From: Flaccisagitta enflata
Taxonomy: Eukaryota
NCBI GenBank assembly: GCA_965153355.1
Contig: OZ231126.1
Location: 32,364,001-32,428,000 of the forward strand
DNA: 64,000 nucleotides
Reading direction: 5' to 3'
Every line of letters starts with the position of its first letter. Positions within the stretch are counted from its first letter, which is position 1. The notes beneath the pieces were generated by a model. It saw only the letters and a list, made by a program, of their open reading frames with translations, searched no databases and was not told the origin of the DNA. Shown here one piece after another: positions 37,558-51,686 of this stretch. The position numbers and the translations under genes are program-made.

Positions 37558-38058
37558 ACAAGGTCAACAAACCTTAGTCGCGTGGTAATAAGGGTAATTA
37601 AGGTAATTAAGGTAATTAAGGTAATAAGGGAATTAAGGTAATTAAGGTAATTAAGATAATGAAGATAACTAAGTACCTATGTCTTCCTATAATTACCTAC
37701 ATTTACCTAGAACTACCTGTAAATACCTATAATTACCTACAATTACATTAAATAACCAATAATCACCTATAATTACCCAATATTTCCTATATTTCCTACA
37801 ATTACCTCAATTTATAGTCCAAGACAACTTTTCTGACTTATATGATACAGATTACTAAAATACCTATATTTACCTATAATTACCTAGAATAACCTAAAAT
37901 TACCTATAATTACCAAAAATTACCTATAATTACCATTAATAACCTTCAATAACCTTTCAAACGACTATAAAGCCTATATTTCAAAAAAGTTACCGACCGA
38001 CCAACCGACCTACCGACCGACATAGCGGCTTCTAGAGTCGCGTTCACGCGACTAAAAA
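37558..38058 (-). mobile_element. Family A element with 9-bp (GGTAATTAA) and 12-bp (AATTACCTAT-type) arrays
   Basis: AACAAGGTCAAC…AGTCGCGTG end and AGTCGCGTTCACGCGACTAAAAA end with (ACCG)n. Confidence 0.75.
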
Positions 38059-38063
38059 TCGTA

Positions 38064-38145
<82 letters not shown>

Positions 38146-38205
38146 GAATATGAAAAGTCATAAGTCTGTCTCTCTCTTGGCGAATCGTCATCGCAAGCAC
38201 CGGTA

Positions 38206-38420
38206 CTAGAACTAGATCAATCACTTGTAATTTTATGATGGAGATACAGTGCAAAGCAAAACTGAAGTTAGCCTAAATTTTTCAAATCCACTTTGGATGG
38301 GAAACATCATCAGCGGCTTCTGATGAAGTGTCTCAATGTGGATTAGAAAGTTGGAGCTAACTACTGTTTTTCTTTGCACTGTATCTCGATCATGAAATTA
38401 CAAGTAATTGTTCTAGTTCT
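38206..38420. repeat. Imperfect palindrome, MITE-like
   Basis: AGAACTAGA…CTTGTAATTT…GATACAGTGCAAAG and its complement. Confidence 0.7.
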
Positions 38421-38558
38421 GTCGCTCCCTCTTTTTCTTCACCTTTTCCTCTGTCTGTCAGTCAGTAGGTCGTGACGGTTTTTTGACCATGATGTCGAGT
38501 GACCAACACCATGGGGTGTGACTGTCGATTTCGACAGTCACGACATAAGTTCTCCCAA

Positions 38559-38737
<179 letters not shown>

Positions 38738-38746
38738 ACACACTAA

Positions 38747-39368
38747 CGTCACTACTGTCTCACAAAAGGTTTGAGACAAGAATGATATTACTATGCGGTT
38801 TTTTGCATTTTTGCAGAGTTCATGAGTATAGAAACCGAGAACCATCAAGTAGAAAATCTTTCCTGAGGCGCTTTTTGAAAAAAATGAAAAATTCAAGATT
38901 TTTAGCATTATTTTGCAAAGAAAATTTTTTAGGTTGATTTGACCTATTTTTTGACAGCATAATGTTAATCCTGATAAAATTCCAATTCATTTGATAGGTC
39001 GCACTGTATGGTTTTCATAAGAAATGAAAAATTCATATTTTAGGCCACCGTTGTAATTTTGTAACGGTGGCTTCAAAAATAGAAATTTTATTTTTTGTGA
39101 AAACTATATAGTGCGACCTATCAAATGAAAGGGAATTTTATCAGGATTATCATTATGCTGTCAATAGATAGGTCAAACCAACCTGAAAAATAGTCTATGC
39201 AAAATGAAGCTAAAAATGTTGAATTTTTCATTTTTTTCAAAAAGCGCCTTGGGAAAGATTTTCTACTTGATAGTCCTTGGTTTGTATACTCATGAACTCA
39301 ACAAAAATGCAAAGAAACGCATAGTAATATCATTCTTGTCCCAAACCTTATGTGAGACAGTAGTGACG
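38747..39368. mobile_element. Foldback/palindromic MITE with arms of about 305 bp
   Basis: CGTCACTACTGTCTCACA…TGTGAGACAGTAGTGACG; the arms pair almost to the centre near 39057. Confidence 0.9.
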
Positions 39369-39543
39369 TACTTCAATGCATGCATACACAAGCACACTCT
39401 TGACACTCCACTGACATTCGTTTAAATCGTTGATGGTGCATGAAATTACATGCCTTATAAGCGGGCATGCCTCATTAGCGAGTGCGCTATAGCGGTGCTC
39501 CACTGGAGTTCCATGTTTTGAATCAATTTCCTTCTTTCCACAG

Positions 39544-39994
39544 AATCTTCTGGCTCGGTCTTGAGAAAATGCATCAGTTGACTTCCTCCGGCAAATGGAG
39601 GCTGAAAGTCAGAGTCAAATGGGACAAAGACCGGAGTTCCACTGGACCAGCAGATTCCCGCGCCGGCACTTACGGGGAATCTGAATGGGATGATTTCCAA
39701 GTTGGGTCAGAAGCGACCAACTACACACTCGGAATCGGAAACCAACGGAGCAAGAACAAATGGGAAGGGGATCCTTTTCATAGTCACGATCTCAATGGGA
39801 TGCAATTCTCAACTCGGGATCGTGACCATGATAAGACTCCGGGCAACTGCGCATTTTATTACAATTATGGAGGATGGTGGCACAAGTATTGTTATGAAAT
39901 TTGTTTAACATGCAATCGACCAAATGGGGCTATATGGGATGGCAACAAATGGCGATATCCTTCTTTTGCTGAAATGTGGATCAAAAAAGTCTAA
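39544..39994 (+). CDS. Fibrinogen-related domain, terminal exon (FReD/ficolin/angiopoietin-like C-terminus)
   Basis: ttccttctttccacag| acceptor; FWLGLEKMHQLT, LNGMQFSTRDRDHD, NCA, GGWWHKYC and EMWIK* motifs. Confidence 0.95.
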
Positions 39995-40175
39995 TTAAAA
40001 ACGATTTTAAACACAAAAAGTCTTTCCCACAGTTCTGTTTTTCAATTTCTTTGTTAAAAAGTCTTTCCCACATTCATCACAAATAAACAAAATTGTTAGA
40101 AAAAGTATCAAAGAAGAAAAAAAGAAAGAAAGGTCGATTGCATGTTAAACAAATGTGATGACAACAGCTTTTCTT

Positions 40176-40317
<142 letters not shown>

Positions 40318-41028
40318 ACAAGCTTGGTGGCGGGAAAAGAGCAAAGAGGAAGCATTTTAAAGATATTAACCATATTTCATTGTTTCTTTAATTTTGCAAT
40401 TACTGCCAGACCCTGAGCATCCAAAATTGAAACCATAGCAAAGAAAAAATCAAATTTGTAAAAAAATCGTTTCAGAAAAAATTGTCAACTGTTATGCAAT
40501 TTCTAAACAATTTCATAGTCACAGAGACAGAATTGTGCTCAGTTTGTGAATTTCTTGATGTAGATCTATTCGCTTTTTTGTAGGGAAGTCTAGCTCATCT
40601 AGAAGCTGATTTATCTTAGTGGAAGTTGTTGTTAGGTTTGTTTGTTTTTTTGCTTGACATTTCGGAACAAACCAAGATGGTCTCATCATGAAGATATTTT
40701 GATGTAACTGTAGCTTTCGTAGAAGCTGAGATATCCTGGTTAAGAGGTAGTCGAAACTTTTTTTTCCCACACATTATGACATGTGGAATATTACTTACTT
40801 ACTGTACCCAAACTGAAAATTTGGAAGCCCTCGCAGACTAGTTACTACGCGTATCATTTTTACTTGTCCAAAGGATATAAAACACAGAACATCAAACCTA
40901 GCGTCCCTTGAAAACAAGTATAGCATCCTCTTCCGACTAAGATCATCAACATTCAGAATGTTTTTGTTTGTTACATTCCAAGAAAGAATATTTTAAGAAA
41001 TGTTGATGAAAATTGGAGTCAGAAAAAG

Positions 41029-41287
41029 GGGGCGTTTCTAGTCAAAGACGATCGCGTTTTGAAAGGGCCACTTGGTCGCTCGCTACATTTATTTGCTCGC
41101 ACCGCTCACTCCGCTCACTCGCTATGCAGCGCTCCGCTTCGCTTTGCTCGCTCACTCCGTTCCCGTGCTCGCTCACTCACTTTGCTCACTCCCTTGTGGG
41201 ACAGTTAAAAATCTTGAATATGTGTTTACGCTATTATCCCGTTTCATGGGAACAAACGCGTTTTTCATCTTCACTAGAAACACGCCC
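41029..41287. mobile_element. MITE with GGGCGT…TTCTAGT termini and internal CGCTC repeats; partial inverted relative near 22000-22200
   Basis: GGGCGTTTCTAGT…ACTAGAAACACGCCC. Confidence 0.6.
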
Positions 41288-41368
41288 AAAGTTTGTGACA
41301 GATTTTTCAACTAAGAAACTTCAAGGATTTTTTTTCAAAAAATTCCTGACCATTTGAAAAAGCAATTA

Positions 41369-42722
41369 TTTTTAGTTGCGTGCACGCGACTCTACAACCC
41401 GCTCCGTCGGTCGGTCGGTCGGTCCGTCCGTCTGTCGGTCCGTCCGTCGGTAACACTTTGCTTTTTTTTGTCTTTTTGGGTCGTCTGGAGTTATTTTGAG
41501 TCTTTTTTTGTTTTTTTTTTGGGAATTATTGGTTGCTTTTAGTCATTTTTGGTCAATTTTGGCCATTTTGGTCATTTTGGTCATTTTGGTCATTTTGGTC
41601 ATTTTTGGTCATTTTTGATTATTTTTGGTCATTTTTGGCCATTTTTGATCATTTTTGATCATTTTTTGCCATTTTTGGTCATTTTTTGTCATTTTTTGTC
41701 ATTTTTGGTCATTTTTGGTCATTTTTGGTCATTTTGATCATTTAGGTCATTTTGGTCATTTTTGGTCATTTTTGGTCATTTTTGGTCATTTTTGGTCATT
41801 TTTGGTCATCTTTGGTCATCTTTGGTCATTTTGGTCATTTTGGTCATTTTGGTCATTTTTGGTCATTTTTGGTCATTTTTGGTAAAAGTCTGCTGGATTA
41901 AGTCTGCTGGTTTAAATCTAATGGTTTAAGTCTGCTGGTCTAATGGTCTAAGTCTGCTGGTTTAAGTCTGCTGGTTAAAATGATATTAAAGATAAGTATG
42001 GTTTAAGTCTGGTTTAAGCCTGGTTAAAGTCTGGTTTAAGTATGGTTTAAGTCTGGTTAAAGTCTGGTTTAAGTCTGGTTTAAGTCTGGTTTAAGTCTGG
42101 TTTACGTCTGGTTTAAGTCTGGTTTAAGTCTGGTTTAAGACTGGTTCATGTCTGATTTATGTCTGTTTTAGGTCTGGGTTAGGTCTGGTTTAGGTCTGGT
42201 GTATGTCTGGTTTTTGTCTGGTTTATGTTTGATTTAGGTCTGATTTAGGTCTGGTTTTGGTCTGGTTTTAGTTTGGTTTAATTCTGGTTTGAGTCTGGTT
42301 TGAGTCTGGTTTGAGTCTGGTTTGAGTCTGGTTTGATTCTGGTTTGAGCCTGGTTTGAGCCTGGTTTCGGTCTGGTTTAAGTCTGGTTTGAGTCTGGTTT
42401 GAGTCTGGTTTGAGTCTGGTTTGAGTCTGGTTTGAGTCTGGTTTGAGTCTGGTTTGAGTCTGGATAGAGTCTGGTTTGAGTCTCATTTGAGTCTGGCTTA
42501 AATCTGGTTTATGTCTGGTTTATGTCTGGTTTATGTCTGATTTAGGTCTGGTTTCGGTCTGGTTTAATTCTGGTTTGAGTCTGGTTTGAGTCTGGTTTGA
42601 GTCTGGTTTGGGTCTGTTTTGGGTTGCGTCTAAGTCTGATTTTCGATAAAAAGATACAATAAGGAGTCAGGTCAGTTCAGTTATTTTTGTCCTGCACGCG
42701 ACTTATAGGTGTTGGCCTTGTT
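41369..42722 (+). mobile_element. Family A Helentron/DINE-like element with three consecutive tandem arrays
   Basis: 5' palindrome AGT(T)GCGTGCACGCGACT, (GTCG/GTCC)n, (GGTCATTTT[T])n, (AAGTCTGCTGGTT[T])n, (AGTCTGGTTT[A/G])n, and 3' TGCACGCGACTTATAGGTGTTGGCCTTGTT. Confidence 0.85.
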
Positions 42723-43416
42723 TAAACCCAATCTGCTACTTGAGTTTTGAGTTGTGACTTTCATAATGTATTTCTTTGTTTTCATTTTCTAAAACTGTAC
42801 CTAATCTATCGAATATCTCATTTGAGACCAACCTAGCATCTGTTGCTTAAACGGTTTAAAGATAAAAGCAATTAGGAAAAGAGAGACTGTGAAACTACCT
42901 TCATGCCCTCACCCCTTATCAATAACCATGGGGTTGTTTTTTGATACTCTGGTGTTTCCTTTGGATTTGCATAGTGTTGTGGTAGCTTGAGCCAAACGCT
43001 TGAAAGTTGATATTGTATAGAGATTTTTTCATTGAGACTTCTATTGGTGTTACTGTAACAAGGCCAACCCCTTACAGTCGCGTGCGGTTGTTAAGACTAT
43101 TAGACCAAAAGATTAAAAGACCAAAAGACTAATAGACTAAATGTAAACTGACTCAAATTACCTTTGTATTACTTAAAATGACTTAAAATAGTGTAAAACG
43201 ACAAAAAAAGCTAAGGGTTACCGACCGACCGACCGACAGACGGACAGAGTGGGTTGTAGAGTCACGTGCACGCGACTAAAAATGCTGCTAATGAGGCTAT
43301 TTGTTGAATGATTGTGGCATAGACTGACATCATATCCTCACATTGAGCAGTTTCTCAGAACAAGATTATCTGTGAACAGAGCGCCCTGGTATGTTTTTTT
43401 GCAGGGTTCACTAGGT

Positions 43417-44150
<734 letters not shown>

Positions 44151-44400
44151 ATTCTTGGAGTGACATTGTACAGCGGCAAGGTGGGTCGGCATTTAAAGAA
44201 TTACAGAATGATGAAAAAAGCAGCATAAATAGCATAAAGCCATGAGTAAGCACAATGTTTTGTGGGCTCTTATATTGTCATTAATTATCTTGCTTGACTG
44301 TCATCTTGAAAATAGATTAGAAAAAAGAAGAGGTTTTCGTTGATGCATATTTTTATAATGAAAATGGATAAAACTCGATACAATGTTTGATGATACACTG

Positions 44401-44449
44401 TAGATGTCTAACATGTTTCGCAAAATATATGCTCTTCAGAGACAATCTA
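44401..44449 (-). ncRNA. Minimal type I hammerhead ribozyme in the Penelope 3' region
   Basis: The minus strand reads TAGATTGTCT-CTGAAGA-GCA tatattt TGC-GAAA-C at G-TT-AGACATCTA: catalytic core, stem II, very short palindromic stem III and stem I are all present. Confidence 0.8.
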
Positions 44450-44676
44450 GGCAACAAAATAATGGAAAAAGTTTAAATGAATTGTTAAATAACACAAAGA
44501 GAACGAAAAATGCAACTGCGTTTGTAGTATGAAAGTCACATATGGTTTATCACAGAATAAAATGGACAAGTCTATGCATATCATATCTCCGCTGAGATGA
44601 AAATATGGGTAGTCATCAAATTTGATGGTAGAGGGCACTACTGTCAGTGGCACATGTTTCACTTTTGGTCTGTGCG

Positions 44677-47007
44677 CTATAGCTTCAACACATTGAGTCT
44701 GGGCTTATACTTTTGAATAAACCTAGTCTCATATGACAGTATCGTTTGACTGTCGCGATTGCTGTCATGTATCTTTAAAAAAGGTGTGATGACAAATTGT
44801 CCTTTGCCACACTCTAATAGATGCTCATGCACGCCTTGGGTAAGTTCTTATTTTGTATGGCACTTCGATACTCTCCACAACGTTGGCGCAATTCTCTTTC
44901 TGTCTTACCAATGTAGTTATCCCAACAACCTGGGCAGGTGATTGCATAAAGTAAGTTGCGCGTGTCACACGTGAAATGGTAACGGAGTTCAAAGGCCTCA
45001 TCTGAGCCTTTGAATCGAAATTCTGTGCACTCTTCAAGGTGGTCACAACACTTACATGGCCTTCCGCGTTGAGTACCTCAATTTTGGTCCTTTTTGCATG
45101 GTAGAACACTCCCCTTTGACGTATGGATAGTGGTGTCAAAACGAGGTTTGAAAAGAATGGATTTCAAGTTTTGTGTTTGACGTCGTGCAGCAACAATCTT
45201 TTTGTCTTTCATGACAGTGGCCATTTGTGCACTTGGCGTTAAGATTGTTAAACTGTCTCTTACAGTATTTAAGACATCTGGATTTGAACAGTTGTTAGTA
45301 AAGACAAATGGAATATTGTCACTTGTTTCCGGCGTGTTTGAATCGATTGAGTTCAAAATCGCTATTCGATCAATCAATCTTGCTTGATTGATTGCTGAAT
45401 CAATGACACCAGATGGATATTTTTGTTTCTGCAGACGACCTTTTAACTCTGCCAGTCGTATCTCTTTCTTGCTTGAGTCTGAGACAATAATGCAAATACG
45501 TTGAGCTAGCGAGTATGGAATGTTTGTTAGAGTCTTTCATGGATGGAAACTTCCAAATTGCACATAATTATGTGTATCTGTCTCCTTGTAATAGATGTCC
45601 ATCTCCAAACTACCATTTGCTGCAAGTTCAAAACTGATATCGAGAAAAGGTATCTTGTTTCTATGGTGAATTTGATTTTCTCACCAATATTGTTAAAAGT
45701 ATTGAAGAAATCCATTGGATTTCCAAGTGACATTTTCCACTTGAGGAAAACATCGTCTAGAAACCGACGAAGCATCTTTCTTACAAAATCTGCAAATGCG
45801 GGGCTTTTAGTGACTCGAAATTCCTCGTCAGCTTTATGCTCAATATATCCCACCGCAAGTGATGCATATGGCGGCGACTTGTGTGAGCCCATGGCACAAC
45901 CATGACTTTGTCGTTTGTAAGTTCCATCAAAATACGTGATATTATTCCATAGAACAATCTGTACAGCTTCAACTATGAAGTCAAGATAGAAGCGATGATG
46001 AAGCAGCTCAGGATTTTTCTCCACAAAGAATTTTATGGCTTGAATTCTTCGCTAACATTAATATACATATTAGATATGTCCATTGTGAGTAATACCTATT
46101 CCTCATCAGGATCACTCTACCATTGTTGAGCTTGACGTAACAGATCAATTGAGTCTTGAACATAGCTGGGTAAGTTCATCATGAAAGGCTTTAGTAGTTT
46201 GTCAATCAACTTACTCAAGTTGCTTGTTGGAGACGCAGGACCACCAATAATTGGACGGATTTTCAAATCATGAGGCGAGAAAATGTTTACGACCTCAGAT
46301 CTTTGCTCTCTGACTGCGTTTTTAATTCCATTGCTTTTATGAATCTTTGGTAATCCGTAGAAATTCGCCTCCTTAAAGTCGAAATTAGTGAGGCAACTTA
46401 TCTCATCCTTTGTCAGTTGAGATTCGAGTTTTTTGCAGAGGGATTTTATCTTACCAATAATCTCCCTCATCCGATTACTGTCGCAATCTTCAAAATATTC
46501 TGGGTCATGGAAAACACTCTCAACCACTTGCTTATAATGATCGGCTTCTAAAATCACTACAGCTCCACCTTTATCAGCCAGCATGATGACTATCTGATTT
46601 GCATCTCGCAATTCAATCAGACTTTTAAGTGCAGCACGCTCAAAACGAGTCAGATTGTCGTTCTTTTGATCGACAGGTAAGTTATCTAGATTTGAAGATA
46701 ACGAGTAGAGAAAGTCACAATACCTATCAAGATGTATGTCCCTCTCAAAAGGCGGATTAAAGTTTGATGGTTTCCGCAGAAGTGACTCGCTGGAAAAATC
46801 ATTTCCATGAAAGAATTTGTTCAAGCGCATGCGGCGACTAAATGAGCGTAAATCTGCCGATAACTCCATGTGATTTGCCGATCGAGGAGTCGGACAGAAC
46901 TTAAGACCCCTCTTGAGCAAAGCAATCTGAGCTGGAGTGAGTTCAATTCGCGAACAGTTTATGATTTTTACTTGGCTTATTTCCGTTTCGCTGGGTGCTG
47001 TCTGCGC
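44677..47007 (-). pseudogene. Penelope RT plus GIY-YIG endonuclease reading frame, disrupted
   Basis: ORF fragments 46117-46920, 45527-46024 and 45078-45377 plus the hand-translated GIY-YIG segment ending at TAG 44677-44679. Confidence 0.9.
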
Positions 47008-48196
47008 CTATAAAAACCCTGAGGTATGTTACCACGAGTATTAGAACCAGCGTGGTTAGTGTTGTCGTTGTTGGCGTTGCTATAATCACTGCCGTCGTTG
47101 CCGCCGAATCCGCCACAGCCCACACCGCCGCCTCCTCAACCACCACCACAACCACCGCCACGACCACCGCCACGACCACCGCCACGACCACCGCCACAAC
47201 CATTACCATGACCACCACTGCGACCTCCGCCGCGACCATGGTCACGACTAAAGCCACGGCCTCCACGACCACTGCCGCGACCACCGCCGCGACCACCACC
47301 GCGACCACCTCCGTGGTTACTGCCATCATTCTCACGATTGTAGCCGTAAGTTTCAAAACCGAATTGTAGATTGTCGTGTTGATCAGGGCGCTCATTTCCA
47401 CCCTCGTTCCTCGGCATGCCCAACCTGTTTGGTTTTTGTTTTGATTGGACTGCGTTGGCATTGAGCACCGGACCTTTTGTTTTTGGCCCACTACGCTGGC
47501 CGTTATTACTGCCAGTTGTCTTTTTCTGAGGGCGATTCTTTGACGGAGCGCGTTTACCGTCATTTTGAGGCGTAGAAGCTGAGGGAGTTTTTTTCACCGA
47601 TCGCTGCCCTTCATCCTCCTCCTCGTTTGAAGGGTTGTCAGGGTATGACCAAAGCCTTTCAAATTTTTTCTCCCATTTTTTTTTTCTCGCTGATCAGCGT
47701 CGATTTTGTCGGAATTCCACCTACGAAAAAGAGCTTCTCTTTCTTTTCCATCGGCAGTCAAATTATCAATCAACTCCTTAACTTGTTTTTCCACGTCTTC
47801 CAGGTTGTTCTGCGCGTTTTTGGCGTATAAGTCCATTTCCTTGCATTGTGCCTCGACTCGAACAAATGATTGTTGACGTCGAATCTTGTCAATCTCCGCG
47901 TTTGGAGGATTGGATGGAGTTGGACGAAATACTTTGGCGACAGAAGGGGTATCTCTTTGCAGCCATTCTCGATAGAGCGTGGAAAGATTGCTGTCGCGTA
48001 AGGACTTGTGAGTGTTTTGACTGAAGGAATTAACGAGTTTCTTCCAGTTTGCCTTCACTGATTTGATATGCTGTTTTATTTTATGATCAAACTTTTGTGT
48101 ATTCAAATTACTCGGTTTAAGTAACAATGCAAGTGACGTGAGCTCAAAAAGGCCATGCCAGTTCATTCTTAAGCAGGGGTGTATGTCACAGAGCAA
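46977..48196 (-). pseudogene. Upstream ORF of the Penelope element (helical/coiled-coil-like region followed by a Gly/Arg RGG-rich tract)
   Basis: ORFs 47594-48196 and 47136-47597 join across a frameshift in an A-run near 47680 and one stop; the frame ends GFYRRRQHPAKRK* overlapping the RT frame. Confidence 0.7.
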
Positions 48197-49073
48197 ACGA
48201 AGACAACATGTAATGGGTCAACACATCTTTTTAACAAATTTTATTTTCATTGATGATTTTTGACACAAAAAATAGGTTAATTTATCTATATTTATGATAT
48301 TTTTGCATAAAAGGTAATTTATATGTCACTTCAATGTAAGAAAAATAAAGATAAATGATGCAAAAAGGGTGGATTTATAAAGAAAATTTGATTTAGCAAT
48401 TGGAGATGTTTTTGGTGAAATTCTAAGCCAGCTTCTTTTTTGATAAATTTGCATTTTCAAAAACAAAGCTTCATTCTAAAAACATATAAGAATAGGGCCA
48501 TGTTCTTAAAAATGCAAAAATTTGCATCTGGAAACAGTCTCAGAATTTCACCTAACTGCTTCATGAATTCTTGCAACTCTATTTTTAAAGAATTCTTGCA
48601 AATCATCAATGCAATATCAAGTTTCTTTGTTTATATTTTTAAGCTTGTTTACAAGAATAATAAGACTAAAAAAACTAAGTATACTTTGATTTGTTTCAAT
48701 AAAAAAAGTTGAGTAGGTTATGAATAAGTGTGGTTGTCGAATTTTGCCTTCGTTTTTACTGTGACGTAAATAGTTGCACGGCTTATGATTTCTTTCACCC
48801 CTGCCTTTGATTTCCTTTCCTGCGACGCATTGCGTCGCGTTGCAAAATCTAAGATTTTCTTCCCTACAAAGCAATAAAACTGTATATTTTAGGTTTAATC
48901 AGTGTAAAATTGAGTTGTACTAATTAGGTTTTATCATTTGGTAATGCCAAAATCAATATTTTCTTTATTTTTTTTCTCTTTTTTCCCCTTTCTTTTCTCT
49001 TCCATATCTCCAAACCTTTTGATTAATTCCCCCCCCCGGGGGGGAATATGCAAGAATATACACCCCTGAATCT

Positions 49074-49330
<257 letters not shown>

Positions 49331-49541
49331 TGGAAAGGACAGTTTCGATAGAAGATGAGCAGGCACACAACGAAAAGACGTGTCAGCTTGGTTTTGAATC
49401 AGTCCATTATGCGGCATATCTCATCAGGTGAATTAGTAACAATAAATGATACCCACATTCATCTTCAGGTACAATCACTATAAATCTTTTTTATTTCACC
49501 TTTGCGACTCTACATCCCGCCCGTCGGTCTCTGTCTCTCTT

Positions 49542-49640
<99 letters not shown>

Positions 49641-50326
49641 CTCTCTCTCTCATCTATTTCTCTTGCGTCTTTAGTTGCAGACAGGTAACTCTAATAGAGG
49701 CTTTGTCTGTCCGTTTGTCCATTGGTCCATCATGATCAAGTTGAAAAGTGCAAAAACACATTTATTTGATGCTGCAGTTGAATTGGTTTGTGTTTGCATG
49801 TGTGTATGGGGTAGGCGAGGGTGTGGATGGGGCTGTATGTCCCTGCCCACCCGTCCATAACTTTATTGTGACCCCGCATCATTTGTTTGCATTACTACTT
49901 CAGAACGAGGCCCCGCGACTGTCGGTTGGTGCTAGGGAATCTTGCTGGCGTAACGGATAATGAAGAGTCGAATCATGAACATAATGAACAATGTTATCTG
50001 TATATGCCTTTTCTTGAATTTCTGTTGTTTTATCAGATAGTTACCGTCGATAGAAATATAAGATTGTGCTAATTTGCATAAAGTTGTCAATTTGATTTTG
50101 CATTCTCAAGAGAGACCTTAGTCAATAAAGAATCAAAGAAAGCATCAATGGAATCGTTATTCTTACGTGGATGAATATGCGAAACTAAGTAAGGATCAAT
50201 GAAGTCCGGAAAGAAAAAAAAACGTCATTTAGTCGATTCATACTAATTGGTCTTCGAGTTTGAAAAAAAGAGTAATGTGAATACGGTATTTATTATTTTG
50301 AGCCTAACAATAAATAAGTTTGTTTA

Positions 50327-50397
50327 TCAGTGGCAACCAGGACGGAGAATCTGAAATGGAAGCCGAAGTCCCCCTTGCCTTTGTCCTTCCGCTGAGT
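50327..50397 (-). CDS. Minus-strand gene, exon 5, terminal (DSAEGQRQGGLRLPFQILRPGCH*)
   Basis: ttcag| acceptor after a 55-bp intron, phase 1, TGA stop, AATAAA about 35 nt downstream. Confidence 0.6.
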
Positions 50398-50452
50398 CTG
50401 AACGTATAGATCAAAACCATCATATAATTTCCATTGCGCGTCCATTTCTTAC

Positions 50453-50587
50453 CGGCGTTGGATTCGTTAGCGCTTCTGTTTTGTGCTGGTAGTCTGTGCG
50501 TCTTCCTCAGCGGCAGCGAAGTTGGCGGTGAAATTCGGCGAGTCTTCGGTTGAGTAAAAGAAGAATCAGATCCAGATCGACCAACAC
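50453..50587 (-). CDS. Minus-strand gene, exon 4 (GVGRSGSDSSFTQPKTRR…NESNA)
   Basis: ttcag| acceptor, |gtaaga donor, 135 bp, phase 1-1. Confidence 0.75.
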
Positions 50588-50654
50588 CTGAATTCAATTC
50601 AACATGAGATGACCGTAACATCATCAAGTATCATTTTCTCTTTCTTCCTTTCAT

Positions 50655-50736
50655 ACAACAACAAAAACAATAACAAGATCATCAAAAACAATAACAACAT
50701 CAACAACAACGACAACAAAAACAGCAACAACGACAA

Positions 50737-50781
<45 letters not shown>

Positions 50782-50789
50782 CGACAACG

Positions 50790-50843
<54 letters not shown>

Positions 50844-50857
50844 GTAACAACAACAGT

Positions 50858-50939
<82 letters not shown>

Positions 50940-51017
50940 GAAACAACAACATTTACAACAACAACAGAAACAACAATATTTACAACAACAACAACAACCA
51001 CAACAACACCACATCAA

Positions 51018-51079
<62 letters not shown>

Positions 51080-51101
51080 TTTACAACAGTAACAACATTT
51101 A

Positions 51102-51164
<63 letters not shown>

Positions 51165-51192
51165 AACAACAACCACAACAACACCACATCAA

Positions 51193-51266
<74 letters not shown>

Positions 51267-51272
51267 CATCAA

Positions 51273-51335
<63 letters not shown>

Positions 51336-51352
51336 CGACAACGACAACAACG

Positions 51353-51405
<53 letters not shown>
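50655..51405. repeat. Compound (AAC)n microsatellite filling intron 3
   Basis: Read directly from the sequence. Confidence 0.97.
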
Positions 51406-51407
<2 letters not shown>

Positions 51408-51446
51408 CCACGCCCACTCGAATAGAGACTCCATTTCCAATCTTAC

Positions 51447-51686
51447 CGTCGAACTTTCTCCTTCTGCCGGTAGGATCGGAAGCGGCCATCGCCGCCGTCG
51501 GATGCTGTCGCAAATAATTCCTTTGAAATTCTCTCTCGTTGGCGTGCATGGATTCGGATCTGGACAGCAGCGCGGCCGTTTCCGCTTGCAGCGTCTCCAG
51601 CATCGCTCTCTTGTCCGGCGGCAACGAATTCGACCGTCGCATCCGATGAAGATGCTCCATCAGAGCCAACGACAGCGAAGTCTCAT
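51447..51686 (-). CDS. Minus-strand gene, exon 3 (DETSLSLALMEHLHRMRRSNSLPPDKRAMLETLQAE…RRRKFD)
   Basis: gcag| acceptor, |gtaaga donor, 240 bp, phase 1-1, GC-rich. Confidence 0.8.

Larger units (their letters stand above)
44160..48200 (-). mobile_element. Decayed Penelope-like retroelement (Neptune/Nematis-type layout) with an upstream ORF; ends approximate
   Basis: LLKRGLKFCPTP, ADKGGAVVI, FYGLPKIHK, RPIIGG, GCAMGS and RFLDD; Cys linker PCK…PCKCC; GIY-YIG LLYAITCPGCWDNYIGKT…FIQKYKPRLN; several stops and frameshifts. Confidence 0.93.

Noticed and set aside
41549-41885. Hydrophobic FGHFWSFLVI-repeat ORFs (also 58059-58692)
   Set aside because: Translations of the GGTCATTTT array inside family A elements
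45078-45080. In-frame TGA in the Penelope Cys-rich linker as selenocysteine
   Set aside because: It is not at an obvious Cys position, fits CGA>TGA decay, the element has other disabling mutations, and no SECIS was identified
49335-49435. Hammerhead-like CTGATGA…GAAACTGTC on the minus strand
   Set aside because: The core and a short stem II are present but there is no stem I pairing and the loop is about 70 nt
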